DNA of 64,000 nucleotides from an uncultured Acidimicrobiaceae bacterium (GTDB lineage Bacteria > Actinomycetota > Acidimicrobiia > Spongiisociales > ZC4RG35), in contig CAZTXD010000001.1 of the NCBI GenBank assembly GCA_964617995.1, forward strand, positions 6,383 through 70,382, read 5' to 3'. The notes below the pieces were generated by a model. The model was not told the origin of the DNA and ran no database searches. It saw only the letters and a program-made list of their open reading frames with translations. Shown here one piece after another: positions 48,437 through 58,198 of this stretch. Each line of letters starts with the position of its first letter. The first letter of the stretch is position 1. The position numbers and the translations under genes were made by a program.

Positions 48437-48609
48437 CGCCTCCTACCTTTGGGTCGCTCGGTCCCCACGCTAACGGAGTGCCGGAGACGATGCCGATCGC
48501 GAATTCGGGGAGAATCCGCCACGGGTTATCCATAGCGTGGCTGCGGTGATTCCGCACTCGGGCAACACGGTGGCCCACCCGATCACCCACCCCTCTAACA
48601 TCGCCTCAC

Positions 48610-51582
48610 GTGGTGGTCACCGACCGTATCCGAACGCTGACGGGTGCTTCCGAGTGGGACGAGGCGGTAGCCGACACGTCCGGCCCCCAGCTCGTGCTGG
48701 CCGGGCCCGGAACCGGCAAGACCGAGTTCCTCGCTCGCAGGGTGGCGCACCTCATCTCCGAAGGAACCCCGGCTCGGGCGATCCTCGTCCTCACATTCTC
48801 TCGCCGCGCCGCAGCGGAGCTGGAGGATCGGATCGATGCGCTGCTTCCTCGACCGGTGAGCGGCGCCTCCGCCTCCACCTTCCACTCCTTCGCACATCGT
48901 CTACTCGAGAGGTACCGCCACCGGGCCGGACAGGAGCCCCCGTCCCTTCTCACCGGGCCCGAACAGGTGAGGCTCGTCTCTGAGTTACTGGCCGACGAGC
49001 GTCCTCGCGACTGGCCCGTTCATTTCCGCCCGCTGCTGACGTCGGCCACCTTCGCCGACGAGGTGGCCGACTTCCTGATGCGGATCCATGAGCGACTCCT
49101 GGAACCCGACGCCCTCGCCCGGCTCGCCTCCGAGCGATCGGACTGGAGAAGCCTTCCCCGATTCCAGGCGCGCTACCGCGAAGAGCTGACCCGGAGGGGG
49201 AAGGTCGATTACGGCACCCTCCTGGCCGAAGCGGTGCAACTCGCCGAAACCGATGAGGTGGACGGCCAGTTCAGCCATATCGTCGTCGACGAGTACCAGG
49301 ACACGTCCCCGGCTCAGGCCCGGCTCGTCGAGCTGATAGCGGGCGACATGGCGAACCTGACCGTGGCCGCCGACCCCCACCAGTCCATCTACTCCTTTCG
49401 GGGAGCCGACGTGACCAACGTGGAGAGGTTCCCCGACAGGATGGCAGCCATGGGCAAACCCACCACGACCGTCGTGCTGGCGAGGTCCTACCGGGTCCCT
49501 TCCGAGATCCTCGCCTCGGCGACACGCCTCGTCGCTCCCAACCGTCTCCACCGGCTGCCCTCCGTGGAGGTAGCCCCCGCCGACCATCGTGGAACCGTCG
49601 AAGCCCTGACGTTCGACCAGCGATCGGCCGAAGCCGAGTGGATCGCCGCCGAGGTCGAGCGTCTCGCCGTATCCGAGAGGGTCCCGCTCCGATCGATGGC
49701 CGTGCTGGTGCGCTCGACCCGGCACCTGCTTCCCGAGCTGTCGCGTGCGCTCGACCGTCGCAAGCTGCCCCACGACCGCCCCGACGCCCGCCTCGTCGAC
49801 CATCCCGCTATCCGGATCATCTCCGACACTGTCCGCTCAGCCCTCTCCCCTCCCGACTCGCCGGAAAGAGCCCAGGCGACGCGGCGTCTGCTGCTGGGCC
49901 CTCTCATCGGCCTTTCCCTCTCCCGGGAGCGTCACATCGCCCGGCTCGCTGGGGGCGCTGCCGCCTCGTGGCCGGATCTGCTTCGCGTCGAGGTCCCCGA
50001 GGCGGCTCCCCTCGCCGAACTGATCTCTGATCCGTCGTGGGCGACGGATCTGGCTGCGGTCGATGGCTTCTGGCATCTCTGGGATCGCCTTCCCGGCATC
50101 GAGGCGCTGGTCTCCGATCCCCGACGCGCCGACTATCGCTCCGCATGGAGCGCCTTCGCCCGGATGCTGGAAGGGCAAGCCGAACGCGACCCCACCATCG
50201 GTCTCTCCGAAACGCTCGACGCCACCAGCACCGGCGACTTCGAAGCTACCCCGCTGTTGAGCTTCACCCGACCCGAAGAGGACCGGCTGGTCGTCACGAC
50301 CCTGCATCAAGCGAAGGGCCTCGAATTCGAGGTGGTGTTCATCGCCGACGCCATCGAAGGGGTGTTCCCCGACACCCGTAGGGCACGCGCCCTGCTCCAG
50401 ACCCACCATCTTGTTTCCCCCGGTCATCACGACGCCGCCTCCCTCGCTGCCTCACGGCTGGAGGAGGAGCGGCGCCTCGCCTACACCGCCTCCACCCGGG
50501 CGCGGCGGCGCGTGGTGTGGACGGCCACAACCGCCGGTATCGACGAGGGTGAGCGCCGACCCTCACGGTTCATGCTCGCAGCCGTCGGTGTCGACACGTT
50601 CGACGACTTGGGCGGGCCCACACCGGCGGAGCCGTCCGGATTCGAACCGCTCACCCTCTCCGAAGCAGAGTCCCGACTCCGAAGACTGACCATGGACCCG
50701 ACCGCTCCCCCGGTCGACCGTCTCGCCGCCCTCTATGTCCTGACAGCGGAGTCGAGATGGAATCCCCTCTCCTTCGCGGGGGTCCCAGACCCCGGACCCG
50801 ACCATGGGGTCCTCCGGGGCCCGGTGCGGCTCTCCCCCAGCCAGGCGGTGCTCTATGACGAGTGCCCGCGACGTTACGCGCTGGAGCGACGCCTCCATGC
50901 CGTCGACGCCGAGTCGCCCTACCTGGGGTTCGGCTCCATCGTTCACGAGGTGCTGGAGCTCACAGAGAGGGACGCCGTCGCTTCGGGCTCGCCCAGGGGC
51001 GATCTCACAGTGGCACTCGCCCACCTGGATGACGTCTGGGCCCGATATCCTCCTTTCGGGCCGCCGGCTCTCGACGACGCCTGGCGACAGAGAGCGGTGG
51101 AGTTCCTCGAGGGGCTCTACCGCGACTGGCCCGGTGGCGACGAACCCCCGCTCGCCTTGGAGGTGGAGCTGGACACCACGATCGAGGGCGTCCAGTGGGT
51201 CGGTCGCGCCGACCGTGTCGACGCCACCCCTACAGGCGTGAAGATCGTCGACTACAAGACGTCGAGGAATCCGCCCACCCTCAAGGAGGCGGCCCGGTCC
51301 CTCCAGCTCGGCTACTACCTGATTGCGGCCGCCGACCATCCCGAGCTCCGCGGCCACGGTGCCCCGGAGGGCGCCGAGCTGTGGTTCCCTCTCGCCCGCG
51401 GTAAACGAAAGGTCTACCCCTTCGACCTCGCCAACCTCGATGGGGTGCGGGACACGCTCGTCGGCGTCGGCAGGGCAATCCTGGCCGAGGAATGGTCTCC
51501 AACAGTGGGCCGCCACTGTGAGCGCTGCCCGTTCCGACGTGTCTGCCCGGCCTGGCCCGACGGCCGGGAGGCCTACCGATGA
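48610..51582 (+). CDS. adnA: Helicase-nuclease subunit, UvrD-like motor plus C-terminal RecB-type nuclease (AdnA-like)
   Basis: 990 aa. Walker A AGPGTGKTE and UvrD helicase motifs, with a C-terminal nuclease containing the Cys cluster CERCPFRRVC. The first of two paralogous coupled genes. Confidence 0.7.
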   Translation: MVVTDRIRTLTGASEWDEAVADTSGPQLVLAGPGTGKTEFLARRVAHLISEGTPARAILVLTFSRRAAAELEDRIDALLPRPVSGASASTFHSFAHRLLERYRHRAGQEPPSLLTGPEQVRLVSELLADERPRDWPVHFRPLLTSATFADEVADFLMRIHERLLEPDALARLASERSDWRSLPRFQARYREELTRRGKVDYGTLLAEAVQLAETDEVDGQFSHIVVDEYQDTSPAQARLVELIAGDMANLTVAADPHQSIYSFRGADVTNVERFPDRMAAMGKPTTTVVLARSYRVPSEILASATRLVAPNRLHRLPSVEVAPADHRGTVEALTFDQRSAEAEWIAAEVERLAVSERVPLRSMAVLVRSTRHLLPELSRALDRRKLPHDRPDARLVDHPAIRIISDTVRSALSPPDSPERAQATRRLLLGPLIGLSLSRERHIARLAGGAAASWPDLLRVEVPEAAPLAELISDPSWATDLAAVDGFWHLWDRLPGIEALVSDPRRADYRSAWSAFARMLEGQAERDPTIGLSETLDATSTGDFEATPLLSFTRPEEDRLVVTTLHQAKGLEFEVVFIADAIEGVFPDTRRARALLQTHHLVSPGHHDAASLAASRLEEERRLAYTASTRARRRVVWTATTAGIDEGERRPSRFMLAAVGVDTFDDLGGPTPAEPSGFEPLTLSEAESRLRRLTMDPTAPPVDRLAALYVLTAESRWNPLSFAGVPDPGPDHGVLRGPVRLSPSQAVLYDECPRRYALERRLHAVDAESPYLGFGSIVHEVLELTERDAVASGSPRGDLTVALAHLDDVWARYPPFGPPALDDAWRQRAVEFLEGLYRDWPGGDEPPLALEVELDTTIEGVQWVGRADRVDATPTGVKIVDYKTSRNPPTLKEAARSLQLGYYLIAAADHPELRGHGAPEGAELWFPLARGKRKVYPFDLANLDGVRDTLVGVGRAILAEEWSPTVGRHCERCPFRRVCPAWPDGREAYR

Positions 51583-54500
51583 TCGTTCCCTCCCCGGAGC
51601 AACGGGCGGTTCTGGAAGCCGGACCGGGGCCGATGCGGATCGCCGCCGGCGCAGGGACGGGCAAGACCACGACCATCGCCCTGCTCGTCGGTCATCTCGT
51701 GGAGCACAACGGAGTCGAGCCGGAGGCGATCCTGGGCTTGACTTTCACGACCAAGGCTGCCGGCGAGCTGGCCGATCGCATCCGCGCAGTCACAGCACCC
51801 CTCGCCGGGCAGGGGCGGGAGGCCGAGGTACACACCTATCACGGATTCGCCGCCCAGGTGATCCGCGAGTTCGGAGCTTTGGTGGGCATCGAACGCGACT
51901 CCGGAGTGATAACACCTACGTTCTCACGCCAGCTCCTCTTCGACGTCGTGCGACATCGTCCCTTCCGGCACTTCGACGCCACCTGGATCGGCTCGGTCGA
52001 GAAGATCCAGCGCCTCGGGGCAGCTCTCGGGGATCATCTCGCCGACGCCGCCGACGTTGCCGCCGGGGCCACCGACGAGGAGCCGTGGCCTGAGCGGCTG
52101 GAGCTGCTGGCCGCCTGGGACGACTATCAGATCGAGAAGCGCAGGCTCGGAGTCGTGGACTACGCCGATCTCATCTCCTCCGCCGTTCGTCTTCTGCACC
52201 AGCACCCCGATGTGGCGGACCGGCTACGGTCCCGATATCGGGTGGTCCTCCTCGACGAGTACCAGGACACCAACCCCGCTCAGAGAATCCTGCTCCAGGA
52301 GCTGTTCGCCGGCGGATTCCCGGTGGTGGCGGTGGGTGACACGGACCAGACCATATACGAGTGGAGGGGAGCGACACCCGACAACTTCACCTCGTTCGAC
52401 CGTCACTTCCCGCGGGCAGGCGGCGAGGCAGGCGAGTATCGCCGTCTCACGATCAACCGGCGCTCCGACGAGCGGATCCTCACGGTCGCCAACGAGGTTC
52501 GCCGCCTGATCGACCCCGAGGCCGCTTCCCTGACTCCTTCTCCCGACGCAGGGGTCGGCTCGGTAGGTGTCCGCTGGGCGGGCGATGCCGTGGTCGAGGC
52601 CGACTGGATCGCCGACCGCGCTATCCGGCTCCACGAGGAAGGCATCCCCTGGAGTGAGATGGCGGTGCTCTTCCGTAAGAACCGTCACATGGCCCTGGTC
52701 CACGACGCCCTCACCGAACGTGAGATCCCCGTCGAGGTGGCCAACCTGGGCGGCCTGCTGTCCGTGCCGGAAGTCGCCGACGTCCGTGCCTGGCTGCGCA
52801 TCCTCGACACCCCCGAAGATGGGCCTTCCCTGCTGAGGATCCTGATGGGACCCCACCATGCGCTGGGACTGGGGGATATCGCCCACCTCTCCCGCTGGGC
52901 AGGAGGGCGAGGCGCTGCCCTCCCCGACGAGGCTGCCGTCGACCACGAGCGACTGGTCGAGCACACCATGCTGGAGGCCATCGACCGGCTGGAGGACATC
53001 ACCGACCTGCCGGAGCGGGCCCGGACCAGGCTGGAGCGTTTCCGCGCCGACTACCGGCGCCTGCTGGAGATCGCGCAGGGCGCGAGTCTCGCCGAGCTGA
53101 CACGCAGCATCCTCGACGTCACCGGGGTATGGCGCGACGTCGAGGCGATGGGGTCGGCAGGTCGGCTGTCGGCCCGGCTCAACCTCTACCGCTTCCTGGA
53201 CCTAACCGAGGAATGGAGCCCCCTGGAGGGACGACCGTCGTTGCCGGCCTTCCTTGCGTATCTGGCAGCCATGGAGGACAACCCTGCCGACGAGCTCGAC
53301 GCTGCCCGCCTTTCGGGAGAGGAGGCGATGGCGTTGATGACCGTTCACAGAGCAAAGGGGCTGGAATGGGACGTCGTGTTCCTTCCCGCGGTGACCAAAG
53401 GGACGTTTCCCGCCACCTCCTCGGGGTTCGAGAATCCCTACCAGAGGCCGCAATGGCTGCCTCACGAGTGGCGCCGCGACGACCCTCCCCCCATCGACTC
53501 GACCACCCCCACCGACGTCGCAACCGACCTCCTCCGTCAGCGCCATCTCCGCCAGGAGTGGAGGACCGCCTACGTGGCCGTCACCAGAGCCCGACACCGG
53601 CTGTTCGTGAGCGGTGCCTACTGGTACGGGGCACCCACTCCCACAGTCCGCCCGACCCAGCCGAGCGAGCTGTTCACCGCGGTGGCGGAGCTGGCCGTCA
53701 CCGACGACCTGGGCCACGACCCCGAGCCGCCCCGTCCGGAGGTGCTGCGAGCGCCAGACCGCACCCCCGCTCCGGACCCGCTCTTCGCCGGGGGTTGGGC
53801 CCGGGCCGTTCGTTCGGCCGTGGACGACCCCCGAACGGTTCTCCAGAAGGCGAACTCCATCGGCCTGGGTTCGGCCGTGACCGGGACCATCGAGGAGTTC
53901 AGGCGGCGACTGTTCGACATCGACCAGATCCCGCTGTCGACATCGCCCTCCCCACCTGCCACGTCGGTCACCGGCCTCGTTGCGTATGCCGCCTGCCCCC
54001 AACGCTATTTCTGGCTGGAGGTCGACCGGCTCCCTCGCCGTCCCTCCCCCGCCGCCAGACGGGGAGTGGACGTCCATCGCCGCATCGAGCTCCACGGACT
54101 GGGTCATGTTCCCATGAGCGAGGTCGACCCTGACTCCTACGACGTCGTCGAAGGGGACGCCTCCGACACGCCCGCACCCGGCGACCCCTATGACGTCTAC
54201 CGCCGATCGGAGTATGCCCGCCTCCAGCCGCTGAGAGTCGAGGTGCCGTTTCGCTTCGGGACCGACGCCGGATTGGCTGTTCGCGGTCGGATCGACGCGG
54301 TCTATCCCCGCGACGACGGCTGGGAGGTCGTCGACTTCAAGAGCGGGCGCCGGAGGGACGATCCGTGGCTGCTGGTCCAGCTGCAGGCATACGCCCTCGC
54401 CGCCCGCCGCGTCGACCTCGGTCTTCCGTCGCCGGCACACCTGCAGGTGTCCTTCGTTCATCTGGCGGGCGACCTGGATGTGATCCGCCACTCCGTCGAC

Positions 54501-54659
54501 GACGATTGGCTGGACCGGGCCAACGACAAGGTGGAGTCTCTGTCGGCCGGCATCGTCGCCGAGGACTACGACCCCGAGCCGTCGGTGGCATGCCGGAGCT
54601 GCGAGTTCTCCCGCTTCTGCCAACCGGGAAGCCGGTGGCTGGAGGAGAACGGCACGTGA
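51579..54659 (+). CDS. adnB: Helicase-nuclease subunit, UvrD-like motor plus C-terminal RecB-type nuclease (AdnB-like)
   Basis: 1026 aa. Walker A GAGTGKTTT and DEYQDT motifs, with a C-terminal nuclease carrying CRSCEFSRFC. ATGA overlap with the preceding gene. Confidence 0.7.
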   Translation: MIVPSPEQRAVLEAGPGPMRIAAGAGTGKTTTIALLVGHLVEHNGVEPEAILGLTFTTKAAGELADRIRAVTAPLAGQGREAEVHTYHGFAAQVIREFGALVGIERDSGVITPTFSRQLLFDVVRHRPFRHFDATWIGSVEKIQRLGAALGDHLADAADVAAGATDEEPWPERLELLAAWDDYQIEKRRLGVVDYADLISSAVRLLHQHPDVADRLRSRYRVVLLDEYQDTNPAQRILLQELFAGGFPVVAVGDTDQTIYEWRGATPDNFTSFDRHFPRAGGEAGEYRRLTINRRSDERILTVANEVRRLIDPEAASLTPSPDAGVGSVGVRWAGDAVVEADWIADRAIRLHEEGIPWSEMAVLFRKNRHMALVHDALTEREIPVEVANLGGLLSVPEVADVRAWLRILDTPEDGPSLLRILMGPHHALGLGDIAHLSRWAGGRGAALPDEAAVDHERLVEHTMLEAIDRLEDITDLPERARTRLERFRADYRRLLEIAQGASLAELTRSILDVTGVWRDVEAMGSAGRLSARLNLYRFLDLTEEWSPLEGRPSLPAFLAYLAAMEDNPADELDAARLSGEEAMALMTVHRAKGLEWDVVFLPAVTKGTFPATSSGFENPYQRPQWLPHEWRRDDPPPIDSTTPTDVATDLLRQRHLRQEWRTAYVAVTRARHRLFVSGAYWYGAPTPTVRPTQPSELFTAVAELAVTDDLGHDPEPPRPEVLRAPDRTPAPDPLFAGGWARAVRSAVDDPRTVLQKANSIGLGSAVTGTIEEFRRRLFDIDQIPLSTSPSPPATSVTGLVAYAACPQRYFWLEVDRLPRRPSPAARRGVDVHRRIELHGLGHVPMSEVDPDSYDVVEGDASDTPAPGDPYDVYRRSEYARLQPLRVEVPFRFGTDAGLAVRGRIDAVYPRDDGWEVVDFKSGRRRDDPWLLVQLQAYALAARRVDLGLPSPAHLQVSFVHLAGDLDVIRHSVDDDWLDRANDKVESLSAGIVAEDYDPEPSVACRSCEFSRFCQPGSRWLEENGT

Positions 54660-54761
54660 CCCTTCCCGCTCGGTGCTCGAGGGAGGCGGGAAGGCTCGTG
54701 CCGCCAAACTCGTCGGCCCGAGGATCGGTTTCGACCCGAGCAGGAGCGGAAACGTCGACGA

Positions 54762-55214
54762 TCACACCAGCCGACCGTTCGACGTCTCCAGGACCAGCGT
54801 GACGGGGCCGTCGTTGACCAGCTCGACGGACATCGACGCACCGAAACGGCCCTCTGCCACCGGGACCACCTTCGACAACCGCTCGACGACCTCCCCCACC
54901 AGCGACTCAGCATGCTGGGGGCGGGCGGCGGCCGTGAAGGACGGTCGACGGCCTCGGCGGGCATCGCCATAGAGCGTGAACTGGCTCACCACGAGCACCT
55001 CCCCGCCGAGATCCGCTACCGACAGGTTCATCGCCCCGGCGTCGTCGGCGAAGACCCGCAGGCCGATCAGCTTGTCAGCGATGGCCCGGGCATCTGCCCG
55101 TCCGTCGTCGTGTGCCACCCCCACCAGCACCAGCAGACCCCTGCCGATCGCCCCCACCACCTGTGACTCGACGGTGACGGCTGCCCGACTCACCCGCTGG
55201 ACGACGGCCCGCAT
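54762..55214 (-). CDS. dtd: D-aminoacyl-tRNA deacylase
   Basis: 150 aa from an internal ATG (MRAVVQRV...) with the SQFTLYGD motif. Confidence 0.8.
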   Translation of the reverse strand: MRAVVQRVSRAAVTVESQVVGAIGRGLLVLVGVAHDDGRADARAIADKLIGLRVFADDAGAMNLSVADLGGEVLVVSQFTLYGDARRGRRPSFTAAARPQHAESLVGEVVERLSKVVPVAEGRFGASMSVELVNDGPVTLVLETSNGRLV

Positions 55215-55282
55215 GGAGGACATCGTAGGGAGACCGATCACCAGGGCACGCCTTCCGGTCGGACCCGGTACGATCGACCTCG

Positions 55283-57592
55283 ATGCCACTTCCCGGCCTG
55301 GCCGACATGGCCCGAGTCTCAGACATCCGGCTGCCCGCTCAGCCGCCCTGTCCGGAGGTGCCGCCCGGCCATCGGCTGGTCTTCGTTCTCGACGCCTCCA
55401 CCGGCCTGGAGGACAGGCTGCTCAGATCGTGGGCGGATCGTTGCCCGCAGGTCCATGACGTCCTGAACCTGGCCCCGTCCCGGATCCGACGACGCGGCCG
55501 CCGCACCGATCCCGGTGTCGGTGAGACGGTCACAGCGGCTACGCCGACGTGGGTGGTGCCGCTCCGGGTCGTCTGGATGCCGTCGAAGCGGTTCGGACGG
55601 AGAACCGTTTCCTGGCTGGATGTCCTCAAGCTCGGCGATCCCCGCGACCCCCGTTGGTTCCGTGACTACCTGATCCTCGCCCGGCATCCCGACCGCGTAC
55701 GGATCGTCGTGGGCGAAGGCGCCTCGGGGACGGACCTGGAGAAGGCGCACGGAGAGTCCGTGGAGCAGATCGGGTTGGCCGAGTTCGTCAACCGGCGGGC
55801 CCGCCGCGCCCTCGACCGGGCGGAGCGAACGGAAAGGGGCAACCGCTACAAGATCCCCCGTTTCGTGGCCGAGGACATACTGAACCGGCCATCGTTTCGC
55901 CAGCAGGCCGTCACCCTGGGACGGCAGCGCGGCCTGCCCGAGATGGTGGCCCTCTCCCGGGCACGCCATTACCTGGGGGAGATCGCCGCTTCCCACAGTC
56001 CCTTCCTGATCGATCTCATCGCCAATCTCATCCACTGGATCATCCGTCAGGGCTACGGGGCGATCCACTACGACCGCTCCTCCATCGAAGAAGTGGCGAG
56101 GCTGGGCAACGACCATCCCCTGGTGTTCCTACCGTCCCACAAGTCGAACCTCGATCGCCTCTCGCTCCAATTCGTGCTGTGGGAGAACGACCTCCCTCCC
56201 AATCACACGGCCGGCGGGATCAACATGAACTTCTTCCCCGTCGGCCCGCTCGTGCGCCGCACCGGAGTCTTCTACATCCGACGGACCTTCAAGGGGAACG
56301 ATCTGTACAAGTTCGTCCTCCGTACGTACCTCGACTATCTGGTGGAGAAGCGCTTCCCGCTCGAGTGGTACATGGAGGGCGGCAGGTCCCGCTCCGGAAA
56401 GCTGCGGCCACCCCGCTACGGGATGCTCTCGTGGGTCGTGGACAGCTACGCCCGGGGAAACGCCGACGACCTCTACCTGCTGCCCATCTCCATCGCCTAC
56501 GACCAGATCCAGGAGGTGGCCGCATACGTCCGGGAGGCGACGGGCGGCACCAAGGAGGAGGAGACGTTCTCATGGGCACTGCGGTTCGCCCGCAGCCTGC
56601 GACGCAGATACGGAGACATCCACATCCGCTTTGCGGAGCCGATCTCCGTCGCGGCCGAGATGGAAGGCGCCGACATCGCCGACGACGACCCGATCGAGAT
56701 CCAGAAACTGGCCTTCGAGGTGATGTACCGGATCGGCTCTGTAACGCCCGTGACTCCCACTGCCATCGTCTCCACCGTGCTGTTGGCGGCGAAGGGTCGC
56801 GCCCTCGATATCGACACAATCGCCGACCGGTGCGGGGAACTGGCCTCCTACATCCGACGACGGGGGCTGCCCACCACCGTTCCCGACCTCCCCGCCGACC
56901 CGGCTGACGCAGCCCACACGGTCGGGCTCATGTCCGAGCACGGGCTGGTGTCTACCCGCACCTCCGGGGAGAGGACCGTCTACTGGATGGACTCCTCCCA
57001 GAAGCTCCGGTCGGCCTACTACGCCAACACGGTGGTTCATTTCTTCGTCCCCCGTGGGCTGGCGGAGATCGCCATGGCCACCGCCTCCGACCTGGAGGGG
57101 TTCTGGGATGACCTGCTCGCCCTCCGGGACCTGCTGAAGTTCGAGTTCTTCTTCGCCGACAAGGAGGAGTTCCGCCGGTCCGTCGGCGACGAGCTCAGTA
57201 GCGAGGTGACCGACTGGGGATCGCGGGTGGCGGCAGGAGGAGGAAGGGAGCTCAGCCTTTCGCCCTCGACCGTGTCGTGGGCGGTGCTGCCCCTGCTGGA
57301 GGCGTATCTGGTCGTCGCCGACGAGCTGGCGGCCACGGCGGGGGAGGCCGACGAGAAGGCCCTCATGGCAGCGTGTCTGGATCGCGGCGCCGTATACCGC
57401 CTGGAGGGGCGCATCGGATCCGATGAGAGCGTCTCCCAGGCGATGTTCGGAGGGGCGTTCCTCCTGGCCCGCAACCGCCGCCTGGTCGAGGACACCCCCG
57501 ACGTGGCCCGGCGTCGCGCCGAGTTCGCCGCCGAGATCTCCCGGTTCGTATCGACCGCCACTTCCTTTTCGCGCATCGATAGCGCGCTATAG
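55283..57592 (+). CDS. plsB: Glycerol-3-phosphate acyltransferase PlsB-like
   Basis: 769 aa. Acyltransferase HX4D motif (PSHKSNLD) and overall PlsB architecture. Confidence 0.75.
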   Translation: MPLPGLADMARVSDIRLPAQPPCPEVPPGHRLVFVLDASTGLEDRLLRSWADRCPQVHDVLNLAPSRIRRRGRRTDPGVGETVTAATPTWVVPLRVVWMPSKRFGRRTVSWLDVLKLGDPRDPRWFRDYLILARHPDRVRIVVGEGASGTDLEKAHGESVEQIGLAEFVNRRARRALDRAERTERGNRYKIPRFVAEDILNRPSFRQQAVTLGRQRGLPEMVALSRARHYLGEIAASHSPFLIDLIANLIHWIIRQGYGAIHYDRSSIEEVARLGNDHPLVFLPSHKSNLDRLSLQFVLWENDLPPNHTAGGINMNFFPVGPLVRRTGVFYIRRTFKGNDLYKFVLRTYLDYLVEKRFPLEWYMEGGRSRSGKLRPPRYGMLSWVVDSYARGNADDLYLLPISIAYDQIQEVAAYVREATGGTKEEETFSWALRFARSLRRRYGDIHIRFAEPISVAAEMEGADIADDDPIEIQKLAFEVMYRIGSVTPVTPTAIVSTVLLAAKGRALDIDTIADRCGELASYIRRRGLPTTVPDLPADPADAAHTVGLMSEHGLVSTRTSGERTVYWMDSSQKLRSAYYANTVVHFFVPRGLAEIAMATASDLEGFWDDLLALRDLLKFEFFFADKEEFRRSVGDELSSEVTDWGSRVAAGGGRELSLSPSTVSWAVLPLLEAYLVVADELAATAGEADEKALMAACLDRGAVYRLEGRIGSDESVSQAMFGGAFLLARNRRLVEDTPDVARRRAEFAAEISRFVSTATSFSRIDSAL

Positions 57593-57614
57593 CGCGCTAT
57601 TGATGCGCGAAAAG
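57565..57614. repeat. 50-bp near-perfect palindrome (24-bp arms) containing a tandem 10-bp self-palindromic unit ATAGCGCGCT x2
   Basis: CTTTTCGCGCATCGATAGCGCGCTAT|AGCGCGCTATTGATGCGCGAAAAG. It overlaps the plsB stop codon and lies between convergent genes. Confidence 0.8.
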
Positions 57615-57650
57615 GGGATCCTCCTGGGCGGGCTTCGTCGACTCAACGGC

Positions 57651-58175
57651 TCAGTCCGGGTCGCGGAAGTCGGAAATGCGCTTCTTCGCCCGGGCGATCA
57701 TCTCCTCCGACGACAGCATGCGACCCGGCTCCCCTGGACCCGGCATGTCCTCGACGTTGTCCGCCAGGTCAGCCACGGCGTCTGCCAGCTTCTTCTTGAA
57801 GGCCTTCGAGTCGGGATCCTCGGGTTCCGTGGACAGATCCCTCGCCCCGCTCCGTACCTCCCGTGAGGTGCGCTCGGGGGGAGGAGGCGCCGGGGTGTAG
57901 GACACGGGTCGGGGGGGAGAGACCGGGCGGGGATGGGTGGTCGGGACGGGTCCGCCGTCGGCGGCGTCGTCGTCGGCCTCTGCTCGCTGACGTCGGCGCA
58001 TCGCCGCACCGAACAAGGCCAGGAGCAAGAACACGGCCAGACCCCCGGCCAGCAGCCCCGACGGCAGCGATTGACCGGCGACGTCCTCCAACGCGGCGAA
58101 CAGCAACGAAGCCGCGAAGAAGATGGCGAGCAGCGGGAGACACCCACAACCGATGCGTCTGGTCTCGTCTGCCAC
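57651..58175 (-). CDS. Small membrane protein with Pro-rich linker and charged C-terminal domain
   Basis: 174 aa. Two N-terminal TM helices. It is the last gene of the minus-strand rSAM/ABC operon (23-bp gap). Confidence 0.4.
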   Translation of the reverse strand: MADETRRIGCGCLPLLAIFFAASLLFAALEDVAGQSLPSGLLAGGLAVFLLLALFGAAMRRRQRAEADDDAADGGPVPTTHPRPVSPPRPVSYTPAPPPPERTSREVRSGARDLSTEPEDPDSKAFKKKLADAVADLADNVEDMPGPGEPGRMLSSEEMIARAKKRISDFRDPD

Positions 58176-58198
58176 GCCGACATCCTAGAGCGGGCCGG

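Noticed and set aside
57565-57614. Considered the large palindrome as a canonical intrinsic terminator.
   Set aside because: The stem base is A/T-rich and there is no downstream U-tract on either strand. It was kept as a palindrome or possible binding site rather than called a terminator.
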